Shown piece by piece: positions 10,158-19,168 of a stretch of 64,000 nt of DNA. Position 1 is the first letter of the stretch; each line of letters opens with the position of its first letter. Under the pieces are notes generated by a model. That model worked only from the letters and a program-made list of their open reading frames with translations, searched no databases and was not told the origin of the DNA. The position numbers and the translations under genes are program-made. The DNA comes from an uncultured Verrucomicrobiae bacterium (lineage in GTDB: Bacteria; Verrucomicrobiota; Verrucomicrobiia; Chthoniobacterales; JAATET01). Location: contig CAVRCI010000013.1 in the NCBI GenBank assembly GCA_963719495.1, positions 128,001 through 192,000 on the forward strand. The letters are read 5' to 3'.

Positions 10158-11111
10158 TTACGCCGAGCGCCGCTTCGAGCGCGCCCGGGTCAGGCCAACA
10201 AGGATCGCTCCCGCCGCCAGAATCAGGCCGTAAGTGCTGGGCTCCGGGACTGCTGTGACCGAGATGACGCTATTCAATCCCGTGCCGTAGTTGATCGAAG
10301 CCGACTCGCCAGCGCCGAGACCGATGAAGTTGACCGTGCCAAAGGTTCCCGAGAGAGCTCCCGAATAGTCGAAGAGATTCAGAGTTGAGGAACCTGCGAT
10401 GGAATATCCCGTGAAGTCGACGTTCAGTGTCGCTTTGGCACCGCCGAGGGTGAGGGCTTGGGCCGAGAGTGTGCTAACGCCGATGGCATCCGGCGTGAAG
10501 TTGATGGTGGCGAGGCCGTTGCCGCCGCCCAGATTCATATCGGTTGTTGCACCACTCCACGTGACGCCAGAGCCGTTTACATTCAGCGTTCCGCTCACTC
10601 CGTCGTTTGTGGCCCCGCTACCGACCCAAAACCGATTAGTCGCGCTCACCGAGCCCCCGTTCAGTGTGAGGGTACCATTGCGCCCGAATGTGCCTGTCGA
10701 CCCGACATACAAGTTTTGCTGCGCATTGAGGGTTCCCCCCGATTGCACCGTCAACAAAGAGTTACTGACGCCAGTGGTTCCGTTAAGACCCGTCACACCG
10801 AGATAGAGATCACCCGCCCCGACCGTCATCGTCCCGCCGGATGCGACGATGAGAGACCCGGTGTTGCCGAGAAGTAGGCGGCTTGCTCCCGCCAACCCAC
10901 CGAGACTCACCGCGAAAGTCGAGTCGATAACCGCGTTGTCCGTGCCGACTGGAACGACGTCACCCGCCCAGTTCGCCGGGGTCAAGTAGGCCGTGCCTGT
11001 TCCGCCAGGACCGCCGTCAAATTTGATGTTAGCCGCCGCGGCGGATTGAATGGTTGCAAGGGCACCAACAGCGAGTGCAGGAAGCAAATTGAAGAGCTTT
11101 TGAGTTTTCAT
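10158..11111 (-). CDS. PEP-CTERM surface protein (G/T/N-rich beta-helix-like)
   Basis: Signal peptide plus C-terminal VPEPSTYGLILAAGAILVGLTRARSKRRSA. Confidence 0.92.
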   Translation of the reverse strand: MKTQKLFNLLPALAVGALATIQSAAAANIKFDGGPGGTGTAYLTPANWAGDVVPVGTDNAVIDSTFAVSLGGLAGASRLLLGNTGSLIVASGGTMTVGAGDLYLGVTGLNGTTGVSNSLLTVQSGGTLNAQQNLYVGSTGTFGRNGTLTLNGGSVSATNRFWVGSGATNDGVSGTLNVNGSGVTWSGATTDMNLGGGNGLATINFTPDAIGVSTLSAQALTLGGAKATLNVDFTGYSIAGSSTLNLFDYSGALSGTFGTVNFIGLGAGESASINYGTGLNSVISVTAVPEPSTYGLILAAGAILVGLTRARSKRRSA

Positions 11112-11177
11112 TTATTTTGGGTGGATGGGGTGTTGAGAGAGATTCTAGTTTTCTTCGTGAGGGAAGCTGACCCGCGA

Positions 11178-11206
11178 AATGTGAAACGGAACGTTATGTA
11201 TGTCAA
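11178..11206 (-). promoter_or_regulatory. Sigma70-like promoter (TTGACA-17bp-CACATT) with candidate operator copy 2 (11186-11199) in its spacer
   Basis: Perfect -35 TTGACA at 11206-11201, weak -10. The spacer holds ACATAACGTTCCGT. Confidence 0.55.
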
Positions 11207-11255
11207 CCTCGATCTTGCTGGACTTGGAAAATGATCGCTTGCGCTCCGAGTCTGA

Positions 11256-12701
11256 TCACGACGGCTGAATTCCAGACGCGTGGTCCGACGCCCGCTCCTC
11301 CAGCAGGCGCTGCGTCTCCGCGGCGCGGGCGCGGCTGATGGGGTAGAGCCAAATGAGGCCGATGGAGAGCACGAGCCCGAGGGATTGGAATCCCACCAGC
11401 GCAAGTTTCATCCGCACTGCCGTCGCCTCGTCCAATCCCGCCGCGTCGACGACTGCCGGATCGTAGCCGACCGCGGTCGCCATGTAACCGCCGATGCCAA
11501 ACGTGATCGCCTGCGCCGCCTTCAGCGCGAAGCCTTTGACGGCGCTGAACATTCCCTCGCGCCTCCGGCCGGTTTCCAATTCGTCGTCGTCGCACACGTC
11601 CGCCACCATTGAATCAATCATCAACCAGCAACCCTGCAGTCCCAAAAACGTGATTCCGCCAGCGACGAACATCGCCCACGGCCAGCGGGGATCGATGGCG
11701 AAGTAATTCACCACCGTGCCGACGAGCACGATCGCAAGTCCCACGACCATCGCGATCCGCTTGCTCGTGCGCGTGGAAATCCACGTGATGAGAAACATGC
11801 TCGCATAGGAGAGCACGACGGCGAGTGTCATGAGCCAGCCTTGAAAATTCCCGATCGCCTTCGTGCTGCCTTGGTAAACGTAGTGCTGGATCAGCAGCGG
11901 CGCGATGCTCTGCGACACGAACAACGCCACGATGATCGTCGTGTAGGCGACGAAGAGGATGACGAACGGTTTGTTCGTCATCGTGTATTTGATGGCCGGG
12001 ATCAGCTTGATCGGCTCCTGCTTCTCGATCTTGAGTTCCTCGCGACAGCCGAAGACGGGAATCATCCCCGAGATCAGCACGATCACCGCGACTCCGACCG
12101 ACACCCAGAACGCCCCCGCTCCGAGGTTCGGAAACATGTCCGCCGCCGCCAAGCGAAACAACCAGCCCGCCGCGACCGACGCGATCAACCCGATATACAT
12201 CCGCCAAACGATGACCCGCGTTCGCTCGTCATAATCCGGCGAAAGTTCGAACCCCAGCGCCGTGTAAGGCACCACGAAGAGCGTGTAGGCCACCGCCAGC
12301 AGGCTGCCGATGATCACGATGTAGAAGAACGGGACGTTACTGAACCACGGATTCTGCGCCGTCTCCGGACTCAGCGGAGTCCAGAGGAGCGGTAACAGCA
12401 ACGCGCACCCGATCACTCCGAAGAACATCAACGGCCGCCGACGCCCGTAGCGGGATTTCAGATTATCGGACACGTTCCCGATCCACGGATCGGTGAACGC
12501 ATCGATGAGCCGCGGCAGCGCCAGAGCAAGCCCGGCCAATGCGGGCGTCAGGCCAAAATAGTTCACGTAAACCAACGTCCCCAGCGCCGTCAGCGTATTG
12601 AACATGAAGTTGTCCGCCATCCCGCCGAACCCCCAAATGACTTTGGTTTTGAGCGGAACCCGGCGACGACCGGGCACGGAAGGGATGGACGATTCACTCA
12701 T
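11256..12701 (-). CDS. MFS / glycoside-pentoside-hexuronide (GPH, MelB-like) symporter
   Basis: DAFTDPWIGNVSD, SRYGRRRP, PYTALGFELSPDYDERT and ADVCDDDELETGRRREG motifs. About 12 hydrophobic segments. Confidence 0.92.
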   Translation of the reverse strand: MSESSIPSVPGRRRVPLKTKVIWGFGGMADNFMFNTLTALGTLVYVNYFGLTPALAGLALALPRLIDAFTDPWIGNVSDNLKSRYGRRRPLMFFGVIGCALLLPLLWTPLSPETAQNPWFSNVPFFYIVIIGSLLAVAYTLFVVPYTALGFELSPDYDERTRVIVWRMYIGLIASVAAGWLFRLAAADMFPNLGAGAFWVSVGVAVIVLISGMIPVFGCREELKIEKQEPIKLIPAIKYTMTNKPFVILFVAYTTIIVALFVSQSIAPLLIQHYVYQGSTKAIGNFQGWLMTLAVVLSYASMFLITWISTRTSKRIAMVVGLAIVLVGTVVNYFAIDPRWPWAMFVAGGITFLGLQGCWLMIDSMVADVCDDDELETGRRREGMFSAVKGFALKAAQAITFGIGGYMATAVGYDPAVVDAAGLDEATAVRMKLALVGFQSLGLVLSIGLIWLYPISRARAAETQRLLEERASDHASGIQPS

Positions 12702-12783
12702 GGCGTGGGGAACAAATTGGAAACAGATTGGGAAACTGCGCCGAAAAGATGCCGTGTCACCAGGATTCCGGCAACGAAAAGAT

Positions 12784-12797
12784 ACTGAACGTTACGT
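12784..12797. promoter_or_regulatory. Candidate operator copy 3 (actgaacgttacgt)
   Basis: 12/14 identical to the copy at 11186, with an AACGTT palindromic core. Lies 83 bp upstream of the symporter. Confidence 0.55.
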
Positions 12798-12843
12798 TGT
12801 CATTGCGGTTTTCAAATTGGCCCATTTCTCTTTGAATTCCCTC

Positions 12844-13275
12844 GTGCCGCCACCTCGTCCCACCAAAAAACTTCCGACCCCGCCCCGGACGCCCAAGCTC
12901 ACCCGCGAGATCTCCGCCATGGGCTGGATCGAAAACCTCGAAGGCGAAGTCCTCCTCGTCCGCCAGACTTCCGGCCGCAAACTCTGGGCCCTCCCCGGCG
13001 GCAAAGTCGAGTCCGGCGAAACGGTCCTCGCCGGACTCCACCGCGAGATCGCCGAAGAAGCCGGACTGACCGTCACCGCCGCCAGCCACGTCGCCGTCCT
13101 CGACCGCCCCGCGCGCCAAAGCCTCGCCTTTCTCTACCGCGTCACCACCGGCCCCGAGACACCCACCATCCCCAGACCCGAAGAAATCTCCGCCATCCAA
13201 CGAACCCGCAAACTCCCCGCAAACGCCACCCCCTCCCTCCGCCACTTCTGGCACCTCCTGCGAGGCAAGGTATGA
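12844..13275 (+). CDS. NUDIX hydrolase
   Basis: Nudix box GGKVESGETVLAGLHREIAEEAGL. Start is uncertain (GTG 12844 or ATG 12919). Confidence 0.85.
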   Translation: MPPPRPTKKLPTPPRTPKLTREISAMGWIENLEGEVLLVRQTSGRKLWALPGGKVESGETVLAGLHREIAEEAGLTVTAASHVAVLDRPARQSLAFLYRVTTGPETPTIPRPEEISAIQRTRKLPANATPSLRHFWHLLRGKV

Positions 13276-14138
13276 ATCCCCCACCAATCACCAGTCACCA
13301 GTCACCCATCACGCGCTCCGCGCCCCCCACCCGCCTCTTCCTCATCGCCGGCAACGGCCGCTACCCCGAGCTCGCCGCCCGCGCCGCCCGCGCCGCCGGC
13401 GTCACCCACCTCACCATCGCGGCCTTCGAAGGCGAAACCGCTCCCGCCACCACGGCTCTCGCCGACGACCTCGTCTGGCTCCGCGTCGGCCAGCTCGGCA
13501 AGCTCACCGAAGCCGCCCGCAATTCCGGAGCCACCGCCGCCATCATGGCCGGCCAGATAGCGCCGAAGAACCTGTTCGACCTCCGCCCCGACGTCAAAGC
13601 CCTCCTCATCCTCGCCAAGCTCAAGGAACGCAACGCCGAGACGCTCTTCGGCGCCGTCGCCGACATTCTCGCCGAAGTCGGCGTCCCCCTCATCTCCGCC
13701 ACCACCTTCCTCGAAGACTCCCTCGCCCCCGCGGGCCACCTCGCCGGCCCGAAGCTCAAGGAACGCGAACTCACCGACGCCGCCTACGGCCTCCGCATCG
13801 CCAAGGAAACCTCCCGCCTCGACATCGGCCAGACCGTCGTCGTGAAAAACGGAACCGTCCTCGCCGTCGAAGCCTTCGAAGGCACCAACGAAGCCATCAA
13901 ACGCGGCGGAGCCCTCGGCCGAGGCGGCGGACTCGTCATCAAAGTCACCAAGCCCGAACAGGACTTCCGCTTCGACGTCCCCGTCATCGGCGAACAAACC
14001 CTCGGAGTTGCCGCCGAGGCCGGCCTCCGCGGCATCGTCGCCGAAACGGGCGGAGTCCTCTTCCTCGACCTCCCCGCCCTCCGAGAACAGGCCACCCGCC
14101 TCAAAATAACCCTCCACGGCCTCCCCTCTTTCTCCTGA
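13272..14138 (+). CDS. lpxI: UDP-2,3-diacylglucosamine pyrophosphatase LpxI (DUF1009)
   Basis: LIAGNGRYP, LDIGQTVVV, AVEAFEGT and KPEQDFRFDVPVIG motifs. Lies in the same operon as lpxB. Confidence 0.9.
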   Translation: MNPPPITSHQSPITRSAPPTRLFLIAGNGRYPELAARAARAAGVTHLTIAAFEGETAPATTALADDLVWLRVGQLGKLTEAARNSGATAAIMAGQIAPKNLFDLRPDVKALLILAKLKERNAETLFGAVADILAEVGVPLISATTFLEDSLAPAGHLAGPKLKERELTDAAYGLRIAKETSRLDIGQTVVVKNGTVLAVEAFEGTNEAIKRGGALGRGGGLVIKVTKPEQDFRFDVPVIGEQTLGVAAEAGLRGIVAETGGVLFLDLPALREQATRLKITLHGLPSFS

Positions 14139-14171
14139 TCCTAATCTTCGACCGACTCAGTCCCCCCACCT

Positions 14172-14198
14172 GTCATGTTGAGAGAAGCGAAACATCTC
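14172..14198 (+). repeat. Dispersed REP-like repeat, copy 1 (25/27 identical to 17153-17179)
   Basis: gtcatgttgagagaagcgaaacatctc, sitting in a longer degenerate repeat that begins at the lpxI stop. Confidence 0.7.
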
Positions 14199-14333
14199 TG
14201 ACTCCTCACCTCACTCACTTCACCTCGGAGAAAGACGAAGATTATGATTGCGAGAAAGAAGAGAAATCACCCCGCCCCCCCTTTCATCCCTTTGCCGCCT
14301 TTGCGCTCTTCTGTTCAGGAGCATTGTATTGCA

Positions 14334-14374
14334 TTCCCCTTCGTTCCCTTCGTTCCCTTCGTTACCTTCTGTTC
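14334..14374 (+). repeat. 9-bp tandem repeat (ttcccttcg)n just upstream of the oxidoreductase start
   Basis: ttcccttcg x3 followed by ttaccttctgttc. Confidence 0.8.
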
Positions 14375-14379
14375 AAATC

Positions 14380-15363
14380 ATGACTGATCGAATCCGCACC
14401 GGCGTCGTCGGCACCGGCCACATGGGCAGCCACCACGTCCGCTGCAATGCCGCGTTCCCCGACTGCGATCTCACCGCCATCTACGACGCCAACCCGAAAG
14501 CCGCCGCCGCCGCCGCGAAGAAATACCGCACCCACGCCGCCACCGACCTCGAAGACTTCGCCGCCCGCGTCGACGCCGCCACCATCTGCACGCCGACCAT
14601 CACCCACTTCGAAATCGGCAAATTCCTCCTCGAGCGCGGCAAGCACCTCCTCGTCGAGAAACCCATTGCGCCCAACAGCACCGAAGCCCGCGCCCTCGCC
14701 GACCTCGCCGCCGCCAACAACTGCGTCCTCCAAGTCGGCCACATCGAGCGCTTCAACCCCGCCCTCGCCGCCCTCGAGTCCAAGCTCAACAACCCCCGCT
14801 TCCTCGAAGTCACCCGTCTCTCCCCCTTCCCGAATCGCTCCACCGACATCGGCGTCGTCCTCGATCTCATGATCCACGACATCGAGATCATCCTCCACCT
14901 CGTCCGCTCCCCCATCGTCTCGATGGACCCCGTCGGCATCGCCGTCCTCAGCAAAAGCGAAGACATCGCCAACGTCCGTTTCCGGTTCGAGAACGGCTGC
15001 GTCGCCAACGTCACCGCCTCCCGCATCAGCGCCGACAGCCTCCGCAAGATCCGCGTCTTCCAGGAAGACGCCTACCTCAGCCTCGACTACCAGAAGCAGG
15101 ACGGCGTCACCTACACGCTCGAGGACGGCAAAATCAAACGCGCCGGAGTGAAGGTCGAAAAAGGCGACGCCCTCGAACGCCAGCTCGCCAGCTTCCTCGA
15201 AAGCGCCCGCACAGGCAACGCCCCCAAAGTCACCGGCCACCAAGCCACCGCCGCCCTCGAAATCGCCCTCGAAATCACCGCCCAAATCGAAGCCAACGAT
15301 CCAAGGAAGGGTTGTCCACAGATTAAGCAGATCGACGCAGATTTATTCAAAGGCCCCGAATAA
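14380..15363 (+). CDS. Gfo/Idh/MocA oxidoreductase, probable GnnA-like UDP-GlcNAc 3-dehydrogenase
   Basis: GVVGTGHMG, HLLVEKPIA, QVGHIERFNPA and VVLDLMIHDI motifs. Located between lpxI and lpxB. Confidence 0.8.
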   Translation: MTDRIRTGVVGTGHMGSHHVRCNAAFPDCDLTAIYDANPKAAAAAAKKYRTHAATDLEDFAARVDAATICTPTITHFEIGKFLLERGKHLLVEKPIAPNSTEARALADLAAANNCVLQVGHIERFNPALAALESKLNNPRFLEVTRLSPFPNRSTDIGVVLDLMIHDIEIILHLVRSPIVSMDPVGIAVLSKSEDIANVRFRFENGCVANVTASRISADSLRKIRVFQEDAYLSLDYQKQDGVTYTLEDGKIKRAGVKVEKGDALERQLASFLESARTGNAPKVTGHQATAALEIALEITAQIEANDPRKGCPQIKQIDADLFKGPE

Positions 15364-15406
15364 AAACCGCATCAAAATCTGTGAAATCTGCGCAATCTGC
15401 GGACAA
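15312..15406. repeat. Inverted array of 9-mer repeats (cagattaag / aatctgcgc family)
   Basis: Left arm ttgtccacagattaagcagatcgacgcagattt pairs imperfectly with right arm aaatctgtgaaatctgcgcaatctgcggacaa. Confidence 0.75.
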
Positions 15407-16532
15407 AACCTCACCCCGAATCTGGGTGGTCGCCGGCGAAAACAGCGGCGACACCCGCGCCGCCGAAGTCATCCGCGCCGTCCACGCGATCGACCCCGCC
15501 ATCGAATTCATCGGAGCCGGCGGCCCGCAAACGGCCCCGCACACCGTCGCACCGTTCGACAATTGGACCGAGGAAGCCGGCGTCCTCGGCATCTGGGACG
15601 TCCTGAAAAACTACGGTTACTTCCGCAAAAAGTTCCGCTCCATGCTCCGCGCCATCGCCGAGCACCGCCCCGACGCCGTCCTCCTCGTCGACTACCCCGG
15701 CTTCAACCTCCGCCTCGCCAAAGCGCTCCGCGCCGCGCACCCCACCCTCCGCATCATCTACTACGTCAGCCCCCAAGTCTGGGCGTGGAACCGCGGCCGG
15801 ATCCCCAAGATGGCCCGCACCCTCGACCTGATGCTTTGCATCTTCCCGTTCGAGAAGACGCTTTACGAAAAATCCGGCCTCCGCACCGAATTCGTCGGCC
15901 ACCCCCTCATCGAGCGCCTCGCCACCGAGCGCACGGACGTCCCCCGCGCCCCCGACCTCGTCGGCTTCTTCCCCGGCAGCCGCGAGCGCGAAGTCCGCCG
16001 CATCTTCCCCGCCATGGCCGCCGCCGCCGTTCTCATCGTAAAGAGCCGCCCCGAACTCCGCTTCACCGCCGCCGCCGCGAACGCCACCCACGCCGCGCAA
16101 ATGACCGACCAAGCCCGCGCCGCCGGAGCCGACATCGAGATCACCATCGGCCAGGCCCACGACCTCATGCAACGCGCCACCGTCGGCCTCGTCGCCTCCG
16201 GCACCGCCACCCTCGAAGCCGCCTATTTCGGCCTGCCCTATGCGCTGGTTTACCGCATCGCCTGGCTCACCTACGAAATCGGCCGCCGCCTCGTCCGAGT
16301 CCCCCACCTCGGCATCGTCAACATCCTCGCCGGCCGCACCGTCGTTCGCGAATTGATCCAACACGCCGCCACCCCCGCCGCCCTCGCCGACGAATGCCTC
16401 CGCCTCCTCAACGATGCCGAAACCCGCAAAGCTCTCCAAACCGACCTAGCCACCACCATCGAAACCCTGGGATCCTCCGGCGCCGCCCACCGAGCCGCCA
16501 CCGCGGTTCTCAATGAGATCGGACAGGATTAA
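15381..16532 (+). CDS. lpxB: Lipid-A-disaccharide synthase
   Basis: VVAGENSGD, LVDYPGFNLRLA, YYVSPQVWAW, FVGHPL, FPGSR and ASGTATLE motifs. Confidence 0.97.
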   Translation: MKSAQSADKTSPRIWVVAGENSGDTRAAEVIRAVHAIDPAIEFIGAGGPQTAPHTVAPFDNWTEEAGVLGIWDVLKNYGYFRKKFRSMLRAIAEHRPDAVLLVDYPGFNLRLAKALRAAHPTLRIIYYVSPQVWAWNRGRIPKMARTLDLMLCIFPFEKTLYEKSGLRTEFVGHPLIERLATERTDVPRAPDLVGFFPGSREREVRRIFPAMAAAAVLIVKSRPELRFTAAAANATHAAQMTDQARAAGADIEITIGQAHDLMQRATVGLVASGTATLEAAYFGLPYALVYRIAWLTYEIGRRLVRVPHLGIVNILAGRTVVRELIQHAATPAALADECLRLLNDAETRKALQTDLATTIETLGSSGAAHRAATAVLNEIGQD

Positions 16533-16592
16533 CAAGATTTTCAGGATTCAAATTCGTGAAATAAAAATCCTGTCCATCCGGTAAATCCTGTC
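16522..16592. repeat. Inverted array of 9-mer repeats (acaggatt / aatcctgt family)
   Basis: gacaggattaacaagattttcaggatt ... aatcctgtccatccggtaaatcctgtc. Confidence 0.75.
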
Positions 16593-16607
16593 AAAAGACA
16601 TCGAATC

Positions 16608-17117
16608 ATGTTCCCAAAAGACCACCTCGAATCCCTTTGGTCCCCCTGGCGCGTCGAATACTTCCAGCGCAGCGAAGAAGACTCGGCGAAAGACTTTCTC
16701 CTCGAAGCCGCCAACACCACCGACGACGCCGCGCACTACATCGTCGCCCGCCGCAAGAGCTGCTTCCTCATGCTCAACCGCTACCCCTACACCGTCGGCC
16801 ACCTCATGGCCGTCCCCTACCGCAAACTCGCCGCGATGGAGGACCTCGGCGACGAAGAAGCCCTCGAGATCTGGCACCTCACCCTCCTCGGCCAACGCCT
16901 CCTCCGCCAAGTCGTCAAGGCCCAGGGCTTCAACGTCGGCATCAACCTCGGCGAAGCCGGCGGCGCGGGCTGCGCCGACCACCTCCACTGGCACATTGTC
17001 CCCCGGTGGACCGGCGATTCGAACTTCATGCCCGTCCTCGCCGGCACCCGCATCCTCCCCGACGCCCTCGAGCGAGTCTACGCCGAGCTAATCACCACCC
17101 TCACCACCTTCTCCTAA
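16608..17117 (+). CDS. HIT family hydrolase (Ap4A/FHIT-like)
   Basis: LWSPWR, LNRYPYTVGHLM, GFNVGINLG and HLHWHIVPRW motifs. Confidence 0.92.
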   Translation: MFPKDHLESLWSPWRVEYFQRSEEDSAKDFLLEAANTTDDAAHYIVARRKSCFLMLNRYPYTVGHLMAVPYRKLAAMEDLGDEEALEIWHLTLLGQRLLRQVVKAQGFNVGINLGEAGGAGCADHLHWHIVPRWTGDSNFMPVLAGTRILPDALERVYAELITTLTTFS

Positions 17118-17152
17118 TCGTAGTCCTAGTCCAACTCACCCCCCCGAACCCA

Positions 17153-17179
17153 GTCAGGTTGAGCGAAGCGAAACATCTC
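17153..17179 (+). repeat. Dispersed REP-like repeat, copy 2
   Basis: gtcaggttgagcgaagcgaaacatctc. Confidence 0.7.
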
Positions 17180-17245
17180 GGGCTTCCCCCTCACTGACCT
17201 CACCCCAAGCCTGATACCAAAACCCACGATTGACCTGACCATTGC

Positions 17246-17335
17246 TGTAGCGGCGGTCTGTGACCGCCGCCGTCTTCTCGAGCAGCGTCAACTTCCGGTT
17301 CGCAAGATCTGCGGCGGTCACAGACCGCCGCTACA
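17246..17335. repeat. GTAG-type REP doublet (REPIN-like)
   Basis: Perfect 25-bp inverted repeat tgtagcggcggtctgtgaccgccgc (17246-17270 / 17311-17335). Each arm is itself palindromic. Confidence 0.88.
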
Positions 17336-17418
17336 TTTTGCGAATTGTCGGTTTATGAGGAGAAAGAGGGGTAAAAAAACCCCCTCGCCAAGCGCCGAGT
17401 CTTCCTTACCTTTCCCGG

Positions 17419-17901
17419 ATGCAAATCACCAAAGGCTCCGTCGTCAGCATCGATTACACCCTCACCAACGACGCCAAGGAAACCCTCGATACCTCCAAAG
17501 GCCGCGAACCCCTCGCCTACCTCCAGGGCACCAGCCAGCTCATTCCCGGACTCGAGCGCGCCCTCGAAGGCAAGGCCACCGGTGACGCCCTCCAAGTCAC
17601 CATCGCTCCCGAGGACGCCTACGGCCACCGCGACGATTCGAAGACCACGACCGTTCCCCGCGAACAGATCCAAGGCACCGACGAACTCGTCCCTGGCACC
17701 CAGCTCCGAGCCAGCGGCCCCGACGGCGAACAAATCCTCACCGTCACCAAGGTCGACGAGACCGAAGTGACCGTCGACGCGAATCACCCGCTCGCCGGCG
17801 AGACTCTCCACTTCGACGTCACCGTCCGCGAAGTCCGCGCCGCCACCGAGGAAGAACTCGCCCACGGCCACGCCCACGGCCCCGGCGGCCACCACCACTA
17901 G
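17419..17901 (+). CDS. slyD: FKBP-type peptidyl-prolyl isomerase SlyD
   Basis: VVSIDYTL, LIPGLERALEG, PEDAYG and VDANHPLAGETLHFDV motifs, with a His-rich tail. Confidence 0.95.
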   Translation: MQITKGSVVSIDYTLTNDAKETLDTSKGREPLAYLQGTSQLIPGLERALEGKATGDALQVTIAPEDAYGHRDDSKTTTVPREQIQGTDELVPGTQLRASGPDGEQILTVTKVDETEVTVDANHPLAGETLHFDVTVREVRAATEEELAHGHAHGPGGHHH

Positions 17902-17924
17902 AACGGCGCGAACCACCGGCGTGT

Positions 17925-18117
17925 CGGGGAGCGCACGCGTCCCCGCGTGCGAGCCGCGGCGTCCCGCCGCGGCACCTTGGCAAGTCGAGCGAAGCGAGAG
18001 AGCCGAACGCTCGAGGTGCGGCGGCTTCCAGCCGCCCATCCAACCCCATCCAACCCCATCCGGCACCAGCCGGACACCTTAGACGTTCCGACCTTCCGAC
18101 CTTCCGACCTTCCGACC
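17925..18117. repeat. Composite repeat cluster: REP-like palindrome, gagcgaagcgagagagccg module, 10-mer (ccatccaacc) and 8-mer (ccgacctt) tandems
   Basis: 17925-17973 matches 22141-22189. About 17980-18005 matches about 37733-37759. The tandem units are directly visible. Confidence 0.7.
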
Positions 18118-18169
18118 CCAAAACACCCGCATCGACACAAATCGCCCCGAAACCTAAGTTCAGGCCAGC

Positions 18170-19168
18170 ATGAGACCCGCCATCCTCGCCCTCGCAACCC
18201 TCACCCTCTTCACCCTCCTCACCATCGCGGGCTGCAACCGCTCCCCCGAGCCCACCGCCCAGCCCCCCCTCAAGATCGGGATCGAGACCTGGGCCGGCTA
18301 CGCGTTCGCCTACCTCGCCGAAGACCGCGGCCTCTTCGAAAAGCACGGCGTCGACGTCGAACTCGTCTTCGCGCAGGACAGCGCCACCTCCCGCGACCGA
18401 TTCGCCCGCGGCGAAATCATGGGGTGGTTCGACGTCCTCCCGGAAGCCGTCACCGGCTACGCGCGCGGGGTCCCCGCCCGCGTCGTCTGGGTCGTCGATT
18501 ATTCCGATTCCGCCGACGTTCTCATCGGCGACGCCGCCATCGACAGCATCGAAGACCTCGGCGGCAAACGCATCGGCATCGAAGGCATCAACACCTTCTC
18601 CCACATGTTCGCCCTCGAGCTCCTCGCCAAACACGGCATCCCGGAAGAAGCGGTCCAATTCGTAATCGTCAATCCCATGGAGATCCTCGCCGCGCTGGAA
18701 GCCGACCGGATCGACGCCGGTCACACCTGGGAACCGGTCAAGACCGAGGCCACCGCGAAGGGTTACAAAATCTTTGGCAAAGCCGGCGAGATCCCCGGCC
18801 TCATCACCGACGTCCTCTTCATGAGCCCCGAAGCGATCGCCACCCGGCCCAACGAGATCCAAGGCGTCGTCGCCGCCTTCGCCGAAGCCATCGAACTTTG
18901 GCGCGACCAGCCCGAGGACTCCCTTCGAATCATGGCCGAATCCGAGAAAATGACCGTCGACCAGCTCCGCGCCGACCTCGCCGGCCTTCACATCCTCGAC
19001 CTGCCCGACAACCGACGAGCCATGTCCCAGGACGATCCCGATTCCGTCTACGTCCGCCTCCACGACATCATCGAATTTTTCGTTTCCCGCGGCCAGATCG
19101 TCGCCCGACCCGCCGTCGATCAACTCGTCGATCCCCGCTTCATCCGGGCGATGCCGGACGAGCCGTGA
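18170..19168 (+). CDS. NMT1/SsuA-like substrate-binding lipoprotein
   Basis: Lipobox IAGC, plus [23 protein letters not shown] and IDAGHTWEP motifs. Confidence 0.88.
   Translation: MRPAILALATLTLFTLLTIAGCNRSPEPTAQPPLKIGIETWAGYAFAYLAEDRGLFEKHGVDVELVFAQDSATSRDRFARGEIMGWFDVLPEAVTGYARGVPARVVWVVDYSDSADVLIGDAAIDSIEDLGGKRIGIEGINTFSHMFALELLAKHGIPEEAVQFVIVNPMEILAALEADRIDAGHTWEPVKTEATAKGYKIFGKAGEIPGLITDVLFMSPEAIATRPNEIQGVVAAFAEAIELWRDQPEDSLRIMAESEKMTVDQLRADLAGLHILDLPDNRRAMSQDDPDSVYVRLHDIIEFFVSRGQIVARPAVDQLVDPRFIRAMPDEP

Noticed and set aside
17947..19164. N-terminal 406 aa of the 1181-aa kinase ORF
   Set aside because: Arg/Pro-rich off-frame read-through over the SBP gene. The real start is most likely GTG 19165.
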